NCBI GenBank assembly: GCA_965223325.1
Contig: CBDCWI010000001.1
Span: 1,440,001-1,504,000 of the forward strand
Direction of reading: 5' to 3'
Origin: Candidatus Multivoradales bacterium
GTDB taxonomy: Bacteria; Acidobacteriota; Thermoanaerobaculia; Multivoradales; Multivoraceae
Length of the DNA: 64,000 nucleotides
Shown: positions 37,198-47,000 of the stretch, one piece after another
How the letters are laid out: each line of letters starts with the position of its first letter
Position numbering within the stretch: position 1 is the stretch's first letter
Translations under genes and position numbers: made by a program
Notes under the pieces: generated by a model
Seen by the model: only the letters and a program-made list of their open reading frames with translations
Told to the model about the DNA's origin: nothing
Databases searched by the model: none

Positions 37198-38667
37198 TCA
37201 CAGCGCTCCACCAGCCCAATCGTCAGCTGGCTGTTGGTCGTCGCCTTCGCGTGCGATCTCACCAATCAGAACCAGGCTCTCCCCGACCCAGCGGTAGCGC
37301 GTTCGCACGAGTCGCGGCAACGCGGCCCGCTGGGAGATACCGAGATCGCCAATCGCCGAAAGGCCGCCAACCAATACAGGTGCCACCGTCACAACGAGAC
37401 GATCGACGGCGTCGGCGCGCAGAAACGAGGTAATGACCCGTCGACCGCCCTCGACCATCAAGCTCCGCAGCCCACGGTCGCCGAGGCAAACGAAAAGCGA
37501 CGGCAGGTCGACCCAACCGGTCTCGGCGTCGGCAGGAAACCGCTCGACCACCGCTCCGCGCGCCTCGAGTGCTAGCTGCCTGTCACGCGGGGCGCCTAGG
37601 GTTGTGGCAATGAGCGGCGCCACCGCACCCTCGAGAAGCTGCGACTCGAGCGGCAAACGAAGCTGGCTGTCGAGCACCACGGGCTGAGGATCGTCGCCTC
37701 GCACCAGGCGAACGGTCAACCGAGGGTCGTCGGCAATGACGGTCTCGACGCCGACCAGAATCGCATCGTGGCGGGCACGCATGCTGTGTGTGAGCTCGAG
37801 CGCCTGCGATGAGCTCAGGGTCATCGCACTCCCGCGCCGGTTGGTGATCGAACCGTCGAGACTCTGGGCGTAGGTCAGGGTGACGGTCGGTCGGCCGACT
37901 GCGGCACCGTCGATGCCCACCAGAGTCGAGCTCGGCCCTGTGCTCTCGGCCGCCGAGGCATCGGGCGCGGCGCCGGGGGTACTGGCCACTCGCGCCGCGT
38001 TCGGAACCAGGGCGTCGAGCTCGAGCAGGTGCCGCATACGCTTGACCTTGGTCTCGAGGTAACCGGCGTTCTCCGGCGTCGCCGGAACTTCGAGGGCCAC
38101 CCGCTCGACCTGCTCGAACCCCTCGGCAATCAGCCCTTCGACCTTGGTGGGGTTGTTCGTCATCAAGCGCACCGAGCCAACGCCGAGATCGAACAACATG
38201 TCGGCGGCCACCCCGTAGTGGCGCTCGTCGGCACGGTGGCCGAGCTCGAGGTTGGCCTCGACCGTGTCGTAGCCGGCATCCTGCAGGTTGTAGGCGCGCA
38301 GCTTCTCGAGCAGGCCAATGCCGCGACCTTCCTGGCGCAGGTAGAGGATGGCTCCGCGGCCCGCCTCGGCGACGCGCTTCATCGCCTGCTCGAGCTGCTT
38401 GCCGCAGTCGCAGCGCAGCGAACCCAGCACGTCGCCCGTGAAGCACTCCGAATGGATCCGCACCAGAACGTCCTGGCCAGCAATGTCGCCCATCACCAGC
38501 GCGAGGTGGTCTTTGTCGTCACCGGGTTGCCGGTAGAGGTGGAGCTCGAACTCCCCTTCCTCGGTTGGCAGGCGCGAGCTGGTCAAACGACGCGCAGCGG
38601 CACGCACGGCCTCAGCCTCGGTGATGGCGCTGGCGCTCGGACTCTTGGGTAGCTCGCGATCGGACAT
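37198..38667 (-). CDS. ribA: GTP cyclohydrolase II fused to RibD C-terminal (pyrimidine reductase) domain
   Basis: RIHSECFTGD..GS.RCDC, QEGRGIGL..KLRAY.LQD, DERHY, MTNNP.K; then YAQSLDG.I, R..HDAILVG..T...DDPRLT, VEGG. Confidence 0.92.
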   Translation of the reverse strand: MSDRELPKSPSASAITEAEAVRAAARRLTSSRLPTEEGEFELHLYRQPGDDKDHLALVMGDIAGQDVLVRIHSECFTGDVLGSLRCDCGKQLEQAMKRVAEAGRGAILYLRQEGRGIGLLEKLRAYNLQDAGYDTVEANLELGHRADERHYGVAADMLFDLGVGSVRLMTNNPTKVEGLIAEGFEQVERVALEVPATPENAGYLETKVKRMRHLLELDALVPNAARVASTPGAAPDASAAESTGPSSTLVGIDGAAVGRPTVTLTYAQSLDGSITNRRGSAMTLSSSQALELTHSMRARHDAILVGVETVIADDPRLTVRLVRGDDPQPVVLDSQLRLPLESQLLEGAVAPLIATTLGAPRDRQLALEARGAVVERFPADAETGWVDLPSLFVCLGDRGLRSLMVEGGRRVITSFLRADAVDRLVVTVAPVLVGGLSAIGDLGISQRAALPRLVRTRYRWVGESLVLIGEIAREGDDQQPADDWAGGAL

Positions 38668-38838
38668 GGCAGTGCACACCGTGCCCGTGAATCAGCCCGA
38701 GCATCCGCGGACACCTTGGAGGTTTGCGGCGCGACGGCCTGGCGGGATCGAGCGACGGCAAGCAGCCAGTATATCGCTCGCCCGGGTCCGGAACCCGCCC
38801 GCGGAACGCCAACGCAGAGCGGCTCTGGGAGACGGCTT

Positions 38839-38973
38839 CTAGTTCGCGGCGCAGCCCGCGAGGCTCAGTACGACGGGCAAAGTGACGAGAACGACGAAGT
38901 AGAACGCCACGACCAGCGCCCAATAGAGGCGACTGTGGTGAGGGCGGGTGGCGGTTGAATCTGTCGTCGTCAT
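38839..38973 (-). CDS. 44-aa small membrane peptide with C-terminal lipobox (not in ORF track)
   Basis: MTTTDSTATRPHHSRLYWALVVAFYFVVLVTLPVVLSLAGCAAN; GGGAGGGG SD ~8 nt before the ATG; resembles the A2M leader. Confidence 0.65.
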   Translation of the reverse strand: MTTTDSTATRPHHSRLYWALVVAFYFVVLVTLPVVLSLAGCAAN

Positions 38974-39368
38974 GGTGGGGTCCCCTCCCAGCGGTGGAGC
39001 AACGGTCTCGATCAAAGAGACCTGAGGTCATCGGAGCGGCGGTCGGTGTCCGGGCCGCGGGAAGATTGTTTCGCCTGGATGTGGCGACAATGTGACGAAG
39101 TAGGGAAGAGCAATTTCTCTTGATCTGGAACTGGCTAACAATACATGGGTGGTCGAGTTCCCCATTCCCAGGTGGCCAGGGCAAACCTCGAGCAGACTCT
39201 GAGCGCCGCTTTCGTCGCCGAGCTCTACGAGCGCTCGAGCGATCAACAAACGGGCGCGCATCGACTCCTAACGTCGGTCGCAGCTGACCGAGTTACCCCG
39301 TACACGTGATGAGTACACGGAGTTAGACAGGCTCCTCCAGAGCCCGAGAGACACGGTAGGATTCGCGC

Positions 39369-40133
39369 ATGGCATCAGACAGAAAAACCGTGGGAACTTC
39401 CCTCGGGTTCTTGGCGCTGCTTCTGGCCGTCGGCACCGTCGTGCTCTGGTTTCGACTGGCCCGGAACGTGGCGATCCCCGAGGACAGGACGGCCTTCGTC
39501 GCACTATGGGTGCTCGCCGCCGCCCTCGGCATCGCCGCCTTCATCAAGCGCACCCGCTGGTTCGGAGGGATCGCTGCGGTGCTCGGCATCGGGGTCGCTG
39601 CCTTCCTGGCGTTCACGGTGGCCATCAGCCGCCAGGATGTGGCGCCAAACGCCATCGAGGTCGGCGAGACGATCCCCCACTTCACCGCGCTGGACGATCG
39701 AGGCCAGCACTTCGACTCCGCAAGCCTCGACGGCAGGCGAGTCCTGCTCAAGTTCTTTCGCGCCCACTGGTGACCGTACTGTGTCGCCGAGTTACGGCGA
39801 TGGGAAGAGCTTCGATCCGAGTTCGATCGGCTCGACGTCCAGGTAGTCACCGTCAGCACGGATCTCCCTGAGGAGATTGCCGAAAAGCGCAAACACCACG
39901 GCCTGCAGGCCATCATGCTCTCGGATCGAGATCTCAAGGTCACCGACGGGTTCGGACTCCGCAACCTGGGCCCACATTCTGGACCGCCGTCGGGCGCCGA
40001 GGCGTTGCCGGTCCCTACCACGCTTCTGATCGACAGCGACGGCAAGGTGCTCTGGATCGAGCATTCAGAAAACTACCAGCGGCGTTCAGGACCGGAGTTC
40101 GTCCTCGCCGCACTCAAGACTCACCTCGACTGA
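39369..40133 (+). CDS. Membrane-anchored AhpC/TSA (peroxiredoxin-like) probable selenoprotein (FRAHW-U-PYC); TGA at 39771-39773 read as Sec
   Basis: ORFs 39369-39773 and 39915-40133 in the same frame; readthrough gives UPYCVAELRRWEELRSEFDRLDVQVVTVSTD...LSD..PTTLLIDSDGKV; 3 N-terminal TMs. Confidence 0.82.
39783..39801 (+). promoter_or_regulatory. Putative bacterial SECIS hairpin
   Basis: GTCGCCG-AGTTA-CGGCGAT; loop starts 16 nt after the UGA with G at loop position 2. Confidence 0.7.
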
Positions 40134-40578
40134 GCCTTTCTAGTGTCCTGGGTCACAAAACCACGACAAAGACCTCAGCCCCTTTCTAAAGCGAGTAGAC
40201 CCAGATCGCCGGACCGCCGCCACCTCGGCGCCTCCACACAGCGTTATCTCGGTTGAGCCGGACAGGGCAGCCCTCCAAGGCTGACATGTGAACGTTCGAG
40301 ATGCCGACAACAAAGGCACATCTGACAGTCTGCGACCTCCTCGAGTCGGGGCCTCTTCTGGTAGAGGTATTGTCAAATGTCGTTCTGAGTTGATCTAGGC
40401 GGCGGGTGGATGCCGCGCACAGTCGGGGTGGGTTTTGAGTCGAAGTCGTGGCGCATGACTACGCCTCGCCACCGACCCAACGTGTAGCCCGATTCACAAA
40501 TGACCGTTGGTCAATGGCGAGGGTCATCCGCTGAGATTCGGCTCCCCTGCAGGAGGTCGGTGGTTCCGTGCGAAGGTC

Positions 40579-40760
40579 ATGGCCCATCAACTGCGATATG
40601 TCCCCACCGACGCAAGCGGTTGGGGAGTCGTCGAAGGCGAATCGTCAACGGGTTCTTCCCGTTGGCGCCATCGTCACACCTACGCGAACTGCTCATCGGG
40701 ATCATCGGTCGCGCGCAGCGAAAAACCGGAAGCCGGATCCACTCCCATCGGGGCATGTAG
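40579..40760 (+). pseudogene. Frameshifted N-terminal remnant of a Y1/HUH (IS200/RAYT-like) transposase
   Basis: MAHQLRYVP...GVVE then +frameshift RIVNGFFPLAPSSHLRELLIGIIGRAQRKTG.RIH resembles Y1 transposase N-termini from memory; HUH motif absent. Confidence 0.4.
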
Positions 40761-40874
40761 AGGCGGATGGTAGGGCGCACAGAGGCTCGACGCTTCGTCT
40801 TGCCCGGCTTTGCCGCCCTAAGACTTACCTCTACCGAACGCCTGTCGCGGACAGACCACGAGGCAAGGGAGTGT

Positions 40875-41351
40875 CTACTTGGCTTGGAGGTTGTCCACCA
40901 TTTCAGCGCTGAGCAGCACCCGAACTCCGTAGCGTAAGAGTCCTGTGAAGTGCCGGCGGTTTTCGGTCACGACTGTGGTTGCGCCACTGAGCCTCGCGAT
41001 CTCGGCGATGTGGACGTCGTAGATCCTCCCGCCGGCGACACCATCGGCGGCCGCTGACGAGAGAAACGTCTGCCGGTGTTCTTCGGGAAGGGCGTCCACC
41101 TCGAAGAGCGTCAAGAGCTGCTCCTCTACAAATCGCACTGCAATCTCAGGAGCGAGCCGATACTCCTCGGGGAGTCGGGTTGTCACAGAGTAGAACTCGA
41201 GGCAGCAGTGCCAAGCAGTTCGCGGTGCAGGCAGGGTTCCGTCCGCCACGGCATCGAGAAGCACAAGGGGCGCTTCCGACTGGCTCCCCAGATCGATCAT
41301 TCCTGCGACAAGAACGCTGGTATCAAAAAAGACGCCAGTCAGTCGGGCCAA
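40875..41351 (-). CDS. PIN domain toxin
   Basis: FFDTSVLVA, EFYSVTTR, GGRIYD.HIA, VVTENRRHF. Confidence 0.9.
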   Translation of the reverse strand: MARLTGVFFDTSVLVAGMIDLGSQSEAPLVLLDAVADGTLPAPRTAWHCCLEFYSVTTRLPEEYRLAPEIAVRFVEEQLLTLFEVDALPEEHRQTFLSSAAADGVAGGRIYDVHIAEIARLSGATTVVTENRRHFTGLLRYGVRVLLSAEMVDNLQAK

Positions 41352-41596
41352 CGGTCGCGCTCTTCCTCGATCAACTCGACGATGTCGACGGGCGGAAGCT
41401 CCTCGGAAGAACTTTGCGGCCTTGCAATGAGGCGTCCGTTCCGCTCGAAGAGCTCAGGTCCCGGAACCGCTCGTACCAGGCGCAGGCTGAAGCCCTCGAG
41501 ACGGAACTCGATCTCGGTACCAGGACCGAAGCCTAGACGCTTCCTGAGTGGGGCAGGAATGACCAAGCGGCCTGCCTTGTCAATGGTAGCAGTCAT
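41339..41596 (-). CDS. AbrB/MazE/SpoVT-family antitoxin
   Basis: ATIDKAGRLVIPAPLRKRLGFGPGTEIEF; overlaps the PIN gene. Confidence 0.92.
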   Translation of the reverse strand: MTATIDKAGRLVIPAPLRKRLGFGPGTEIEFRLEGFSLRLVRAVPGPELFERNGRLIARPQSSSEELPPVDIVELIEEERDRWPD

Positions 41597-41772
41597 GCCA
41601 TGATAATACCATATAAAATGGAGGAGAGGCTTCCCGACCGGCCAGACCTCATCGCGCAGAGCCTTCTTTCCTGCTTAGAACCCAACGTTTGGAAGGCCGG
41701 AGCCTCCGAGAAGAGCGAGCAACGAGCGCCCGCGTGATCGGTGCCAGGCGAGAACGAATCGCCCACTCCTTC

Positions 41773-44046
41773 CTAACGAACCGCGAAGGCGACGACCGGT
41801 GTTTCCCTGGTCTGGCCGTCGGTCAGCAGAACACGAGCGTAGGTGTTGTGTTCGCCGCGGGTGGGTTGCCAGATGAAGTGGCGTTCACCGGGGCCTGTCT
41901 TACCTACGAGGTGATTGTCCACGTACCACTGGGTCAACGCGACGCCCTTGGCACTCGCAAGGCGCAGCGCGAAGGCTTCCAGTTCGTCGGGGATGCGGGG
42001 ATCGAGCGCCAGGTGGAGGCCGGGGGTGGGGCTCTCCAGGCGAACGGCAGGGCGTTGGCGAGCGCTGGGGTGGGCGGCCCGTTGTGTCGTCGGCAGGGTG
42101 TCGGAGGCCGAACCGTGTACGGGGCAGGTGGCCTGTGGCTCGTGCCCGCGGCGGAACCACTCGTCGTGTCGCGGGCAGGTGAGAGCGGCGCGGGCGCCGG
42201 TGACTGAGCAGACAGCGTGTTGGACCAGCTGGGGGTCGAGGTTCAGCCGTTCGGGTTGCAAAGAGGCGCCGGCGCGCCGGGTCAGGGCGTCGAAGACTGA
42301 GCGCAGGGCGAGGGCCGGGCCGAAAGATCCTGAGACGTCAACGGTGGGACTGCGGTCGGCATTGCCCATCCAGACGCCAACGACATAGCGCGAATCAAAG
42401 CCCACTGCCCACGCGTCGCGATGATCGTTGGAAGTGCCGGTCTTGATGGCGGTCTGGCGACCGCGGTCGAGTACCGAGCCGCCGCCAAACTCGAGTTGGC
42501 GGGCCTTGGGGTCTGAGAGCATGTCACCAAGGAGGGTGGCGACCGCATACGGCATGACCCGCCGGGACTTCGCCTGGGCCGCTCTCTGTTCGTCTAGCGT
42601 TCGGATGAGCGGGCGCCACTCTCCACCGCGCGCGATGGCGGCGTAGGCGGTGACCAACTCTTCGAGGGTCACTTCGCCGTTCCCCAAAGCGAGACCTTCG
42701 CCGTAGTGCGAGGGGTCGCGATCGAGACTGGCGAAACCGAGGTGATGGAGGCGCTCGAGGAAAGCGTCGGTGCCAATGTGCTGGACGGCGCGCACAGCGG
42801 GTGTGTTGAGCGAGTTGGCGAGCGCTACTCTGAGGCGCACCGGGCCGTAGAAGGTGCGGCTGTAGTTTCTGAAACTGTGTTGCCCGTTTCCAACCGCTTC
42901 GACCAGGGGTGCGTCGTCGATGATGGTGGCCGCCGTCCACCCACGCTCCATGGCCATGCCGTAGACGAACGGTTTCAAGGTCGAGCCCGGCTGGCGCGGC
43001 ACGGTCACTTTGTCGATGTGGCCCGCGTCGCGGTCACTTTGAAACCCGAATCCGTTGACCCAGGCCAGGACTTCGCCGCTCTGGTGATCGGCGACCAGCA
43101 CTGCACCATCGCCAACCCGGCGTTCGGCGAGACGCTCGAGGTTGCGATCGAGAATCTCCCGCGCTTCGTGCTGCAGGTTTGCATCGAGGGTCGTACGAAT
43201 GGTTCGCCCCGGCGCCGGGCCGGCCTGCTCGGGCAGTGCAGCGAGGAAGTGGCGCGCGTCGACGGGCGGTCGCGGCGCACGAACGCGCAGCGGGCGCTTC
43301 ACAATCGCTTCTCTTTCTTCTGTGCTCAAGAGACCACGGCGCACCAGCTCGTCGGCGAGCCGCAGCACGGCGGGGCGTGCCGCCTTTGGATCGCGGTGGG
43401 GATCGAGGCGACTCGGCGAACGCACCAGGACTGCCAGGGTGAGGATCTCGCTCGGGCCGAGCGTTCCAAGCTCGCGGTCGAAGGTCTCGCGTGCCGCCTG
43501 CACCACCCCGCGGCGCCTACGCCCATAGGGAACCTGGTTGAGGTAGAAGGTCAGGATCTCCTCTTTCGTGAACCGTGCTTCGAGCGCTTGTGACTCGAAG
43601 CCTTCGACCCAGCGCGACCAGGGCGTGCGGGGCCGGGGCCGGTTGATTCGAATGACCTGTTCCGAGATCGTGCTGGCTCCACGCACTGCCCGAAGCGAGC
43701 GCGCGTTCAAAACGGCGGCATGCATGCGCGCCAGCCAGTCGACTCCTCCGTGGTTCCAGAAGCGCTTGTCCTCCGCCACAACAAAGGCGTCGCGCAACAG
43801 CGGCGGGACCTCTTCCCAGCTCAGTTGATTGTTCAGGTTGGGCCCGTCGCCGCGCTCCTCGGCGAGCACCACGCCGTTGCGATCGAGGTAGGTATCGGTC
43901 GCACCAACGGTCCACGGCGGCAAGCTATCGGGAATCGGCTGGAGGGCCTGCCTGGTCTTGATGATCAGACCAGTAGCGGCAAGGAGCGAGACGACGGCCG
44001 CCACGAACATCCAACGAAGCCAGGGTGCTGAAGGTAAAGAGCGCAT
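41773..44046 (-). CDS. pbpC: Penicillin-binding protein 1C
   Basis: AEDKRFW.HGGVD, GASTISEQV, YLNQVPYG transglycosylase motifs; GSTLKPF, SLN, KTGTS transpeptidase motifs; directly after A2M (TAA-ATG). Confidence 0.92.
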   Translation of the reverse strand: MRSLPSAPWLRWMFVAAVVSLLAATGLIIKTRQALQPIPDSLPPWTVGATDTYLDRNGVVLAEERGDGPNLNNQLSWEEVPPLLRDAFVVAEDKRFWNHGGVDWLARMHAAVLNARSLRAVRGASTISEQVIRINRPRPRTPWSRWVEGFESQALEARFTKEEILTFYLNQVPYGRRRRGVVQAARETFDRELGTLGPSEILTLAVLVRSPSRLDPHRDPKAARPAVLRLADELVRRGLLSTEEREAIVKRPLRVRAPRPPVDARHFLAALPEQAGPAPGRTIRTTLDANLQHEAREILDRNLERLAERRVGDGAVLVADHQSGEVLAWVNGFGFQSDRDAGHIDKVTVPRQPGSTLKPFVYGMAMERGWTAATIIDDAPLVEAVGNGQHSFRNYSRTFYGPVRLRVALANSLNTPAVRAVQHIGTDAFLERLHHLGFASLDRDPSHYGEGLALGNGEVTLEELVTAYAAIARGGEWRPLIRTLDEQRAAQAKSRRVMPYAVATLLGDMLSDPKARQLEFGGGSVLDRGRQTAIKTGTSNDHRDAWAVGFDSRYVVGVWMGNADRSPTVDVSGSFGPALALRSVFDALTRRAGASLQPERLNLDPQLVQHAVCSVTGARAALTCPRHDEWFRRGHEPQATCPVHGSASDTLPTTQRAAHPSARQRPAVRLESPTPGLHLALDPRIPDELEAFALRLASAKGVALTQWYVDNHLVGKTGPGERHFIWQPTRGEHNTYARVLLTDGQTRETPVVAFAVR

Positions 44047-47000
44047 TTAGGGCACCACCTCGTCAGCCGCGTCTTCCAGGTGCATGGGCACCACGAGACG
44101 GCCTGAACCGCTACGACCGAACACGTCCGGGTCGTACATCTCTTCGGCCTCGGCTGACAGCCACTGGAACTCGCCGCCGCTGATGACCTGCCCGACCCAG
44201 GCAAGGTGGTAGCGCCCCGGGCCGAGAAAGTCGGAGTAGAAATTGACCGCGTCGTGACCGAGCTCTCGATGGTAGAAGCCGGAATCGCTCGAACCGAACT
44301 CGCGCCAATCGCGATGGGCCCACCAGTGCGAACGCACTCCGAAGCCATCGCGCGCTTTGTCAGCGTCGACCTGCGAGGCGGTTTCCAGGTCGCGATTCAC
44401 CGGCTCTATTCCACCGGGCACCGGGTCAGAGACAGCAACGAAGTTACGGGCCGTCGGCGCATCGATGAACAGGTCGACGCGCACCAACTCGCCCGCTCCT
44501 AGCTCCACCTTGCCGGCCAGCTGCTGCCATCGACCGTCACGCTGGACGTGAATCTCCCGCACCACCTCAATGCCGGCGTTGGCCGCGGTGTCGGCTGAGA
44601 GCTCCTTCGGAGCCCAGGTCAGGCGGGTGGCCAGGTAGCTCCGCCCGCTGCCTCGACGTTGTGCCTGGAGCTCGAATTCACGCCCGGGCAGGTCGGCATG
44701 CGCACCGAGATCGGAGGCGCCAACCACAAGCGATCGTGGTGTCGCCCGTTTGTCATGCAGCTCCAGCTTTCCCACCCGTCGCCCGTCGAGGCGCGTGGTC
44801 CACACGACGTCTGTGTCCGCGCTCTCGTAGACCGTGGCGAAGTCGCGCATGCCAGCGATACAGAAGACGTTCTCCTGGGTGTTCTGCCAGTGAAAGCGAT
44901 CGTCGCGCGCCGCGGTGATCGAGCGCATCAGGCGGAAGCTGTCGTCGGCCGCATCGATCCCGGTCGGTGAACCGTCGCGTGAACGCACGAGAGCGCTCAG
45001 AATCGAGCATGACGTACGGGTCGAGGAGTAGTGCATGCGAGCCCAGGAACCTCCCAGGGCTTCGTCGAATTGCAGCTTGCCCGCGGTTCGATCAGACGAT
45101 GCAAAGATCGAGTCGCGCAGCACCGTCACCAGGTCGTCGTGGCCCATCACGTCGGCTGCGATCAGGTAGTGCGCGCGACCGAAGAGGCTCATCTCATCGG
45201 CGCGCCGTTGCCAGCGTTCCAACTCGTCGGCGTCGAGGCGACCGCGCAGAGCCAGACCCGCCATCGCCACCGCCCGCGTCGAGAGTTGCATCCGCGGAAC
45301 CCAGGAGTCGCCGAACGCTCGGTCGTTGCGCAGCAACCGATCGAGGTAGCTGTGCAGGCGCTTCTCGGCAGCCTGCGGAATCACGTAGCCGGCCTCTGCC
45401 AGCCACGCCAGCCCGAGCGCCGTGTAGGCACTGAGGTACGGTGAGACGTAGCGGTCTTCGGGCCGCCAGTAGGCCATGCCCCCGTTGGGCGCCTGGAAAC
45501 TCGTCATGTCTGCGAGCACACGCTCGGCCAACTGCTCTGCCCCGTCCCACGCAAAGTCGGCGGGTAGGTAGTCCGCGAGCTCGATCGAGCGCGCCGCGCC
45601 GAGGGCGCGCGAAAGACGTTGCTCCCAGCAGTCGTGCGGATAGTCACGCAGGTAAGCGAGTGCACCGTCAACGGAACCCACCACCGAGGCCAGGGCTCTC
45701 ACTTCGAGCTCGACGGTTTCGGGACGCAGGTTCAGAGGTAACCGCAGGTTCAGGGCGATGTCGTCTTCGGCACTCGTCTGCCAGCTGGCGGCGGTCTCGA
45801 AGAACTGAGCCGGCAGGACGTCGAGGGGAACCCGCAGGAGGTCGCGGTTCTCCTCGTTCGAGCGGTCGTGGGCGCGCACCGTCAGGTTCAGGGTGCCAGG
45901 CCTGTGAACACGCACCGGGAAGACGAGCGGAACCCGCTGGTAGGGCTCGGCCCGAACCGTTCGGCTCAGGGCTCCGGCACTCTCGCCGGGGCCTTCGACA
46001 CTCGCACTCAGTACGAGCTCCCGCGTCTCGTCGGTGCGATTCATGACTGTGAACCGTGCTTCGAACAGGTCGCCTTCGCGCACCTGGTTGGGCAGCGCCG
46101 GTCGCAGCTCGATGGGCTGGTTGACCTTCAGGTTGCCTTCGCCGAGCCCGAAGCGATCGCTCGGCGTCGCCGCCATCGCAACGATGCGCCAACCGGTGAG
46201 GTTGTCGGGCAGCTCGAACTCGATGCGCGCTCGGCCATCGGCGTCGGTTTCGAGCGCCGGGTTCCAATAGATCATCGAGCGGAAGTCGGAACGGAGGGCG
46301 TCGGGGCCAAGCCCATCGCCGCCGGCGTTGGCACCCTTTTTCTCGAACTTCTGCATTCCGATCAGGCGTTTGATGAGGTTGTAGTTCTCGACGTCCAGGG
46401 GCGGCAACTCATAGAAGCCTCGATAGGGATCGAACGCACGGCGCCCACCCTGGATCAAGTCGAAGACCGCCTCGTCGAGCACCGCGACCGCCAGCTGGAT
46501 CGGTTCGGAAACGACGCCTTCGTGCCGAGGCTTGGCGACGATGTTGGCAACCGCCATCTCCCGTGGACGCCAGGTCTCCTTCTCGGGCGTCACCTCGATT
46601 TCGATCTGCTTGTACGGATCGACGACTTCCATGCGCACATAGCCCATCCGGAACGCCGGCTTGCCGAGGTCAACCGTCGCGAAAGACTCGCCACGTTCGG
46701 CCGGCGGAACGTCGACCCTCGGCGAAGTGACCACTGCCGAAAAGTAGAAGCCCGGGCTCTGGTCCGGACCAACCTCGACTTCGACGACCTCGGTCGGGCC
46801 TGCCAGGACCTTCGTCCAGCTCCTCTGGACTCCGAGGCGCTCGACGGTGAAGAGAGCGCGCGCACCGGGGAAGGGATTGCGAATCAGAAAGCGTGCGGTC
46901 TCGCCTACCTCGATCGACGTCGATTCCACTTCGATCGGCAGCTCGTGACCAGGCGGCGAGCGCCAGAGAGCCGCGCCGGCGCCAATGCCCCACCGGCGCG

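Noticed and set aside
38680-38838. FMN riboswitch upstream of the ribA fusion
   Set aside because: No RFN consensus blocks on the minus strand; only a TATACT -10-like box
39170-39260. GGGCAAACC resembling the start of a c-di-GMP-I riboswitch; also a 77-aa minus ORF with a TPR-like phrase
   Set aside because: Downstream GAAA/GACGCAAAG elements are missing; the ORF lacks convincing homology or an SD
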